Under the pieces are notes generated by a model. That model was not told the DNA's origin. It searched no databases and was given only the letters and a program-made list of their open reading frames with translations. A DNA stretch of 64,000 bases from Histomonas meleagridis 2922-C6/04-290x (Eukaryota > Protista > Parabasalia): the NCBI GenBank assembly GCA_020184695.1, contig JAANOX010000070.1, positions 186,001-250,000 on the forward strand, read 5' to 3'. Numbering within the stretch: the stretch's first letter is position 1; each line of letters opens with the position of its first letter. Made by a program: the position numbers and the translations under genes. Shown here in pieces: positions 45,375 through 54,716 of the stretch.

Positions 45375-45661
45375 CTAAGATAAACATATAATAAAATATA
45401 GTGTGTTCTAAAGTAAATCATTTTTAGTTTTGTGTTTTTTTGTTTTTTAAAAAACTTCTGAAATCAGATGGTGAGTACCAACAAGCAAAAATTATGAAAT
45501 CATAAGTGAAATGTTTATTTTTTCAGTCAAAACCGATCAAGCTGCAAAACGATTTGACTTATTTTGACAATAATTTGCCATAAACTGTTATTAGGGGCGC
45601 CCTGTAAATTTCATATAAAGTAAACTATATAAATCAAAGTTTGTAAATTAAAATTATACGG

Positions 45662-45690
45662 ACACTTTTTGAGCGAAGCTCAAAAAGTGT
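45662..45690. other. Perfect 13-bp hairpin with GCGAAGC (GAA triloop) apex
   Basis: ACACTTTTTGAGC-GAA-GCTCAAAAAGTGT. Confidence 0.9.
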
Positions 45691-45701
45691 AGGTATAATT
45701 G

Positions 45702-46779
45702 AATTATCAGAAAACTTTTTGATAATAATTATGTGTAACAACTTTTTCAATAGACCAGTGGTCCATGAGCTACCACATGGATTTTAATAGTTTAGTTCAA
45801 GCCACTGTATCTGTTGAACAACAAAGGATTGCTGAAAACACACAAAGAACATATAATTCTTTGTTGCGTTCATATGAAAATACAATGAATCAAATTCCTA
45901 ATGCACCCGAATCATATCCCATTACTGAGAATAAATTACGTGCTTTTTTGGAATTCTATAGAAGTCAACACCCTCAAACAACCTATTCCTACCTTAAATC
46001 ATTCGTCTCAGCTGTTGTATCTTATTTGAGAAAAAATAACTTAGATGATTTTACGAAAACAAATAATTTTAAGTCGTACATGCTTGGCTTGAAAAGAATA
46101 ATGAAGGGGGATACATCTCCAAATGCGAAAAAGTATGTCACAATACAACTTATGATAAGACTTGCAAAAAGTACTAATCAAAATGTATAAAATGAAATAG
46201 AACTTATGACAATAGAAAGTTTGTGCTTTTATGGTTTTTTACGAATTTCTGAGGCGTGCAGATTAATGTGGAAAGAAATAACATATGATCAGGACGGACG
46301 TTTGGTATTACTCATTCCTTATGCTAAAACAGATCAAACAGGGAGGAGAGTAAATGTGTACATTTGTCGTTCAAACACAATATATTCCCCTTTTCTATGG
46401 TTACCAAAATGGAAAGAATTAAGTTATATAAATGAAGAATCGAATGTCTTTACATTATGATAGAACAGTTAGGAGAAAGTTTAAATTGCAACTTAAAAAA
46501 ATTGGAGTGAATCCAGAGAGTTATTCAACACATTCTTTTCGTAAAGGGGCCGCTCATGAAGTATCATTGGCTGGAATTGCTGATTGCAAAATTAAAGCCC
46601 AAGGAAGATGGATTTCTTCATGCTATCAGCGTTATACTTCTATCCAAATGGTTGAGGCTGGCGATGCAATTACAGTGAAAATTTAATTAAAACTCAATTT
46701 AAATTTGTCCATATAGTTTTTTATATGAGATTGAAAAAGTTGTTACACAAAATTATTATCAAATAGTTTTCTGAGAATT
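45702..46779 (+). mobile_element. Tyrosine-recombinase-only element bounded by 50-bp inverted repeats (45702-45751; 46730-46779)
   Basis: The inverted repeats match at 47 of 50 positions and enclose a DIRS/Crypton-type YR gene; no RT or TSD seen. Confidence 0.75.
45765..46686 (+). pseudogene. Tyrosine recombinase (DIRS-type), interrupted by TAA 46188-46190 and a frameshift near 46432-46460
   Basis: Catalytic set GFLRISE (R), AKTDQ (K), HSFRKG (HxxR), GRW and YQRY (Y), plus an N-terminal helical binding domain. Confidence 0.88.
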
Positions 46780-47807
46780 TATATATATGGCCAGTTGGTT
46801 GTAACATCAGAACATGGGACAAAAAAATGGCCTTGAAAATCTATTTATAAATTCAAAATAATACTTTATAATATGATATTAATCTATCAATAAATTCATA
46901 ATATCTAAGGATTTTCCGCATAACATATAGAGGTATTTATATTCGAAAAATTGTTGAAAACACAATACTTTGATGCCTTTTGAGGTAAATTTCATCGTCA
47001 AAATCTTAACCCGTTATTCCATTAATTAGTAATTTTTCGCCTTCGTTTACAAGAGGTTTCCAAAACAGGAATTCACCAGTCTGTAATTCAATTGAGACCA
47101 ATCTAAAAGCAAAGATTTCGACTCTGTAAAAAGAAAAATGAGCAATTGAAAAAAGTTATACAGATGAACTTCAGCAAAAATCAACTTCAAATAACAAAAG
47201 AGGACAATAAAACAATGTTTTTGACTATTACATATCTAGTGTTATATACTCATATAATATTTAAACTTTTTATTGAAAAAATATTCGTCAGGTACCATTA
47301 ACGTTTTTTGAACACCACATTTTTCGATTACAGAAATCTCAAATGATTACTTATAGTTAATCTTTCAATTTATTAATATATACATTGATATATATATATA
47401 TACATTTATTGATGAATAACTATAATAAAATTCTTTCAATCTTGAATATATACAATGATTTATGAAATTGAATTCATTCAATTTTGATCAAATTTTGCAT
47501 GCAAAACGACAATAATCGTATTCAATTTTTTTTAAATAATTTTATATTATACAAAACGGCACTAATTTTATTCAATTATATTAATTTAATTTCACTTGGC
47601 GTAAAGAGTCACTAATCGAAAAAAAAAATAAAAAATTTGTAAGCATTAACTATACAATAATTCAATGGAAACGACCGTTATGCCCTGGAATCGTAAGTTG
47701 AACTTTTTAGCGGTTATTTTATTTGCAAATTAAAGTTAAGAAAACGTTTTGAAAACTTTACCAAAAAAACGTTCTCTGTTTCTTTAGGTCTTACTCTTGA
47801 ACATTTT

Positions 47808-50800
47808 CTATTTTTGCTGATTGGAGGGAACAAATCCACTATAGTAAATGACTGGCATCAACTCAGGCCTTTCCTTCATTTTAAATGTCGGATATTTTGC
47901 ATCGGCGTTTTGGTAATCCATTGAAATTTCGAATATTTGCGGCATCAAGAATGAGTTCTGGTACACAGTCAGCAGCGCGCGCTCCTCCGTCTGCGTGCTG
48001 AAGGTGACTTTGCCTTTCGAGTTACCTTTTTTGTCGTCTTCTTCTTTAGTTTCATCCTTTTTGTTTTTGGTTTCTCCTTCTTTAGTTTCTTTGTTGTCTT
48101 CCTTTATGCTGTCAGTTGTCTCTTTCGCTTTGTCCTGTGATGCGCTGTTGGGCGTTTGCGAAGGTGCAGTTGCGGAAGCAGTAACAGTTTTACTTGCACT
48201 GTTTGACGTGCTTTGAGCTGTAGAAATTGGCGTTGTTGCCGAAGGAGCACTTTGTGATGATAAATTCGGAGAAGTCGCTGCTGTACTACTTGGCGCATTT
48301 TGCGTTGTGGAACTTGCTGGTGTTGATGAAGAAGTACTTTGTTCTGCGAAACTTGTTGATGTTGGTTTGGCTGAAGGAGCACTTTGTGCTGCAAAACTTG
48401 TTGATGTTGGTTTGAATGAAGGAACACTTATTGTTGTGGAACTTGTTGATGTTGGTTTGACTGAAGGAGCACTTATTGATGTGGAACTTGTTGATGTTGG
48501 TTTGAATGAAGGAACACTTTGTGCTGTGAAACTTGTTGATGTTGGTTTGACTGAAGGAGCACTTATTGTTGTGGAACTTGTTGATGTTGGTTTGAATGAA
48601 GGAACACTTTGTGCTGTGAAACTTGTTGATGTTGGTTTGACTGAAGGAGCACTTATTGTTGTGGAACTTGTTGATGTTGGTTTGAATGAAGGAACACTTT
48701 GTGCTGTGAAACTTGTTGATGTTGGTTTGACTGAAGGAGCACTTATTGTTGTGGAACTTGCGGTTGTCTGTTGAGGTGGATGCTCATCCTTGGGTGCACT
48801 TGTATTTTTGATTGGCGCTGTTGTTTGCTGTGTTCTATTGTTTGAACTTCCAAATGTTGTAGCTGGAGAAGTCCATGGATTCATTTGTGCTTGCTGTGTT
48901 CTATTGTTTGAACTTCCAAATGTTGTAGCTGGAGAAGTCCATGGATTCATTTGTGCTTGCTGTGTTCTATTGTTCGAACTTCCAAATGTTGTAGCTGGAG
49001 AAGTCCATGGATTCATTTGTGCTTGCTGTGTTCTATTGTTTGAACTTCCAAATGTTGCAGCTTTTGTGTTTGAAGTTGTAAAGTTGGTCCAATTTGTTTG
49101 CGTCTGTGAAAATACTGGTTCGCCGAATGCACTCCATGGAGATGTGCTTTTCGTGTTTCTATTTTGTGAGAATGAAGAAGCGCCTGCTGAAATGGCAGGG
49201 GATGGATTTGTACAACTTCCACTTTGATTTGCTTTCAATTTAGCTTTGTTTTCATATTGTTTAATTAATTTAACAATTTCATTATGCTCTTCATCAGATG
49301 CCCACATAAGAGCTGTTTTAAACATTTATATTAAACACCAAACAATACATATAAATATTATATCGACAAAACAAACATTAAATAAAACAAATAAATATCT
49401 TTAATATCAATATTAATACCTTTTTGTTCGAGAAGTAATTTAACTATTTCTATATAACCTTTTCTAGAAGCCCATATAAGAGCAGTGGAAAATATTATAT
49501 ATAAATATCGAATTATTAAAGCAATCAATAAAACATTTAAACAAACCTTAAAAAACTTAAACAAATAGATTTAATATTAACATTAATATCTTTTTGTTCA
49601 AGAAGTAATTTAACTATTTCAGTAGAACCATTAAATACAGCCCATATTAAAGCAGTTTGAAATATAATTAAAAAACATCAAAAATGTTAATAAAACTGAA
49701 AATTATTATAATAAACTTTAAATTATTCAAATAAATATCTTTAATATTTACATCAATTCCTTCATGTTTAAGAATTAATTTTATCATTTCAATGTTACCA
49801 AGTTGTGTTTGAATAATAAGTGCTGTTTGAAATAATATAAATAAATTCCAAATATTAGAATGTAACGAGAAATTATTATATTAAACATTAAATCATTAAA
49901 TTATATATTTTGTGCATTAATATCAATTCCTTTTTGATCGATAACATATTTAACAAGTTCATTGCTCTTCGATTCAGATGAATATATTAAAGTGTCTTTT
50001 GGAATTTCATGACCTTTAATGAAATCTTTAATGAGATATATGTTTCCAATTTTAGCTGTCTCATTAATGATTGAGTCATCAAACTGTGTAATACTTTTAT
50101 CTTTGATTACATATAATAACATTTCGAAATTACCATAGTTGATACAAAATGTTAATAAGTCATTGATGGTAGTGTCATTATTAATGTTCTCCTCAATTTC
50201 TGTAACTACAAGTTCTTCATCATTCGAGTCATATTGCATTTGATGTTGATTTGGACCATTACCAAATCTATTTCTATTATTGTTATTATTGTTGTTGCCA
50301 AAAGGATCATTCATATTGTTCATACCATATGGACCATTCATATTGTTCATACCATTTATATTATTATTATTTCGATTATTGTTATTGTTCATATTACTTG
50401 TGGTTGTCGTGGAATTGCTGGTGGAAGTTTTTGGCTTTTCTTTCTTTTCAAATATGCGCTCTAATTTTTTCGTGTAGAGATATTGGAAGACTTCATTTCG
50501 ATGGAATCTAATTGACGCTTTATATGAACTCTTAAATAACAAACGCCTTTGCTCACATAACTTAATGATTTCAAGGTTTCCACCTGCGGATGCATATTTT
50601 GAAGTGTTGATTAACTTAGCCCCTTTATCCATTAAATATTTGAAACATTTCGGTGACCCGAAATATGCTGCATAATTAATTAATGAAATGCCTTCTTTGT
50701 TAACATATGAATTCTTTTCATATAATGATGGCGCAATTTCTTGGTCAATATCAAAATTCTGTTGGCCTGACATTACTTGAAGCTTTCCAATGTCATCATT

Positions 50801-51421
50801 TCGTATTATTTTGGATAGTTCACTTGGGTTAATACCTTTATTGAGTAATTTCTTATGAAGTTCAAAGTCATTCTTGGAAAGATTGTCGTAATTGTTCAAG
50901 AAATATTCATTGATTCCTTCATCATCTTCAATTCGATTCTCTTCATCAGTTCTATAATGTCCAAAATATTTGGAATCAATGTCTTTAACAAAGTCTTTGT
51001 CAATTAAATTGTACTCAATCATCTTCACTAGCAGGTAATATGCCTCTTGTGTGTTAAATTGTAAGATGTAATTGCTCAAAATATTTACGATTTTATCATC
51101 GGTTTTGTTTTGTTCTTCTTCTTTAGCTTGCAGTGATTTTATGTACTTCACGTATATCTCAGTAACTGTTTTTCGTGATAAAAAAGTATAGTATATCAAA
51201 ATGCTGATTACCATATTGAACGAATATGGTAAATCAGAATCATAGAGTTTCATGGTTTGTTCAACTGAAGAATCAATGTTTTCATTAGTTAAATTTGCAA
51301 TTATTTGCTTAAGTGAAATTAATTTTTGAATGTTGACGAATTGATTCTTAGTTGCATCAGATTCGTTACCATGGTTATCTACTGGGGTTTCTGCCTTGAT
51401 ATCATCACTATTTGTTGTCAT
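47808..51421 (-). CDS. Locus D: DUF3447-like domain + 4 interrupted ankyrin units + 502-aa low-complexity tail (predicted ~1110 aa)
   Basis: ORF 51421-49901, cores at 49826, 49656, 49486 and 49316; the last core is the start of ORF 49325-47808. Joining requires removal of 16 17-nt elements (inference). Confidence 0.75.
48400..48760 (-). repeat. 90-nt tandem repeat (SVKPTSTSFTAQSVPSFKPTSTSSTTISAP) x3 plus degenerate copies
   Basis: Near-identical units visible directly in DNA and protein. Confidence 0.92.
48826..49060 (-). repeat. 66-nt tandem repeat (TFGSSNNRTQQAQMNPWTSPAT) x3 plus a partial copy
   Basis: Near-identical units visible directly in DNA and protein. Confidence 0.92.
49317..49906 (-). 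repeat. Ankyrin array D with 17-nt + codon loop modules
   Basis: Four 80-nt spacers; loops NLGQ, KSDQ, KIDS, NNGK. Confidence 0.9.
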
Positions 51422-51838
51422 GGGGAGTAAAAAGTGATGCTTGGAAGTTCATGAACGGTTGTCAAAGTTAGGGGGTCCCATTTAAGGGACTTTTGATTTG
51501 AAAACAACCGATATTCTCAATAGGTATCGGCAAAAGTGACATATAATGTAACCAAAAAAATTATTTATCATCAAAAACATTAAAAATAATTTAAAATTTA
51601 GTATGAGACTTAAACTATTCATAAAATGTCATATATTTATAAACAATTTTCTGGCAATTATTTTTATTAAAAATTTGAAATGTGATCACATTTCTTCATT
51701 TTTAATATATATTATTCATTCCATAACTTAAGTATATACTCAACGTTTTAGATTATCATAAATCCAAATTCCAAAGATTTCATGTATCCAATCAAATTAA
51801 AATTTAATTAGTATCTCATGTTCAATATGTCTTTTTGA

Positions 51839-54427
51839 TTATATATGAACAAATTTGTCTTCTTTGAAATCTTTTGCAAACGGATCTTCTTCAGTATTAT
51901 TATTATGTAAAAATTTTATTGAAAAATCATTCATTTCCATATCTTTCTGATATAATTCATCTGACACTTCTTCACTGTTCTGTTTCTTTTTTCGAATATA
52001 TATTACTAAACCGATAAGTATAGAAATGATAATAATAATAGCAGCTATCAGAACACCTACAATAATGTAAATATAAGTTTTGTCATTAGTTTCTGTTTCA
52101 TTATTTGAAAAAATATAATAAAAATTAGAATAAACGGAAAAATATTTCGAATATATGATTACTGAATATTCATAAAATATTAACAATGTTTGCATATATG
52201 TTAAAGATGAATTTATTTTAGTGATGATAATTGAATTTAAATATGAAATATTCAACGTAAATGATTGTGAATAAGATAAAATATATGACAATGCAAAAGA
52301 ATGAGAGAAAGTTATATCAGATAACAATTCTGTAATTGTATTTGATTTTGTAAATGCATTCGATTTACTAAATGGATTTGATTTTGTAAATGAATTCGAT
52401 TTACTAAATGTATTTGATTTACTAAATGCATTCGATTTACTAAATGGATTTGATTTTGTAAATGAATTCGATTTACTAAATGTATTTGATTTACTAAATG
52501 CATTTGATTTACTAAATGGATTTGATTTTGTAAATGAATTCGATTTACTAAATGTATTTGATTTACTAAATGCATTCGATTTACTAAATGGATTTGATTT
52601 TGTAAATGAATTCGATTTACTAAATGTATTTGATTTACTAAATGCATTTGATTTACTAAATGGATTTGATTTTGTAAATGAATTCGATTTACTAAATGTA
52701 TTTGATTTACTAAATGCATTCGATTTACTAAATGGATTTGATTTTGTAAATGAATTCGATTTACTAAATGTATTTGATTTACTAAATGCATTTGATTTAC
52801 TAAATGTATTTGATTTACTAAATGTATTTGATTTACTAAATGCATTTGATTTACTAAATGTATTTGATTTACTAAATGTATTTGATTTACTAAATGGATT
52901 TGATTTTGTAAATGAATTCGATTTACTAAATGTATTTGATTGTGAAAAGGAATTCGATTTCGTAAATGTATTTGATCTAGTAAATGTTAGTGTTGGAGGA
53001 AGACATTCATCACTTATTGTTCCTTTTATTACATTTAAATCTCCGAAGGCATCACTATTATATGCGTCTGGTACAAAAACAGATGCTTCAACTTGTGTAA
53101 AACAAGATGATCCGAAATTTGGTGGAGATTCACCAGTAAAAAAAATACATCTGAGTGATGTGCAAAATGCAAAAACACTATTCCCAAGATTTATCATATT
53201 TGCTTCAATGATTAGAATTTCAAGTTTATCACAATACTGAAAAGCAAGTGCTCCAATATCAGTGACACTAGTTGGAATTAAAATATTTTCAAATACGCAT
53301 TCATTAAATGCATTTTGATTTATTGTTTCGACAGAAGAACCAAATGAAATCGCAGTTAGATTACCACAACTATAAAATGCACTATTTTCAATAACATTTA
53401 CTGTTTCTGGAATTTTGAATAATTTGGAAAAATTACCTGGTAGAAAACTATAAAGTGTATTAATATTTTTATCATATAGTACTCCATCATATTCATAATT
53501 TGAATATACAAAATTATCTATTGATATTTTTATATATTGAAGACTTTTACAGCCAACAAATGGTATACTATCAATTGTTTTAACTGTACTTGGAATTGTT
53601 ACTATCTTAAGATTATGACAATTATAAAACATACCATATCCAATCATTTCCACACCTTCATTGAAATATGCTTCTTCAATACCATAACATCCACTAAATA
53701 CATTTATTCCAATTGTTGTAATTTTACTTCTAAATGTCACGTTCTTTAATAAAAAGCAGTATGTAAATGCATTGGCACCAATCTCTGTTATTCCTTCTCC
53801 AAAAGAGACTTCTTCTAATCCACTGCAATAACTAAATGCATTATTTTCAATAGAGGTAACTGAATTAACAATCATAACAGTTATTAATGACGTCCATCTA
53901 TTGAAAGCTTTTGTTGGAATGGAATCAACTTCATTAATAATAACATGTTTTATATTACTTTGTGATGAACTAGGAAATTCATTTGAATCAGTTATAGTTA
54001 ATGTGTCTGAATCAATACTTTGAACTGAACAAGTAAATAAAAAAATAGACAATATTAAATATACGAAAATATCTTTTTTTGGAATGTTTTTTAAATTGTG
54101 TCTTTTTAAAAAATGTTTTCTCTTATGATAAAATAAAAATATCAATAGGTTCAGAGATAATTGGTGCGTTATTTCAGATATTAAGATAAAAGATGGAATA
54201 AAAAGTAAGAAACATTTCAATATTAATTTATAAGAAATGTTTAATTCATAGAAAAAATCAAGACAGATATAATATTTTTCATATAAGCCATGTACCATAT
54301 TAAAATTGTGATCATTTTTTGTGATATATACATTTTTTGAATAATGCCGAAGAAAATTATATGCATTTCTATGGTAATCACCTGTGGTAATCATATGCTT
54401 GAATATTACACGGCAATATCTTAACAT
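51839..54427 (-). CDS. BspA-like (TpLRR) type-I surface protein with (SNTFSK)n stalk
   Basis: Multiple TpLRR units, TM IYIIVGVLIAAIIIIISILIGLVIYI and tail EEDPFAKDFKEDKF; real start uncertain (signal-like IFVYLILSIFLFTCSVQS near 54070). Confidence 0.85.
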   Translation of the reverse strand: MLRYCRVIFKHMITTGDYHRNAYNFLRHYSKNVYITKNDHNFNMVHGLYEKYYICLDFFYELNISYKLILKCFLLFIPSFILISEITHQLSLNLLIFLFYHKRKHFLKRHNLKNIPKKDIFVYLILSIFLFTCSVQSIDSDTLTITDSNEFPSSSQSNIKHVIINEVDSIPTKAFNRWTSLITVMIVNSVTSIENNAFSYCSGLEEVSFGEGITEIGANAFTYCFLLKNVTFRSKITTIGINVFSGCYGIEEAYFNEGVEMIGYGMFYNCHNLKIVTIPSTVKTIDSIPFVGCKSLQYIKISIDNFVYSNYEYDGVLYDKNINTLYSFLPGNFSKLFKIPETVNVIENSAFYSCGNLTAISFGSSVETINQNAFNECVFENILIPTSVTDIGALAFQYCDKLEILIIEANMINLGNSVFAFCTSLRCIFFTGESPPNFGSSCFTQVEASVFVPDAYNSDAFGDLNVIKGTISDECLPPTLTFTRSNTFTKSNSFSQSNTFSKSNSFTKSNPFSKSNTFSKSNTFSKSNAFSKSNTFSKSNTFSKSNAFSKSNTFSKSNSFTKSNPFSKSNAFSKSNTFSKSNSFTKSNPFSKSNAFSKSNTFSKSNSFTKSNPFSKSNAFSKSNTFSKSNSFTKSNPFSKSNAFSKSNTFSKSNSFTKSNPFSKSNAFSKSNTFSKSNSFTKSNPFSKSNAFTKSNTITELLSDITFSHSFALSYILSYSQSFTLNISYLNSIIITKINSSLTYMQTLLIFYEYSVIIYSKYFSVYSNFYYIFSNNETETNDKTYIYIIVGVLIAAIIIIISILIGLVIYIRKKKQNSEEVSDELYQKDMEMNDFSIKFLHNNNTEEDPFAKDFKEDKFVHI
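52330..52990 (-). repeat. 18-nt repeat (SNxFSK/TK) with a 72-nt higher-order period
   Basis: The SNTFSKSNSFTKSNPFSKSNAFSK block recurs ~6 times. Confidence 0.93.
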
Positions 54428-54716
54428 TCACGAGCCCAATACTTGACTAATAAACGTATTTTTTTCTGTTCCATCAGGTAACGATAAATTCAATTTCATT
54501 CTTTTCAAAGTTTCGTCGATTTGCAACAGAAAATGGAGAAAAAACGACAGAATTCAATTAGCAACTAGACTTAATCAAAATTTGAAAGATATCAATCACT
54601 TTTATTTCAAATTTTTTTCTTCCATTGTTCCACACTTTGATCATATGATGGGATTTGGAATAATATTTGACAAAAATTATCTCTAAACTTTTTAGTGAAA
54701 ATTTGGCACTTTTTAG

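Noticed and set aside
46188-46460. YR or locus C lesions being further 17-nt elements
   Set aside because: They are a point nonsense codon or single-base shifts; removing 17 nt does not restore frame or motif spacing.
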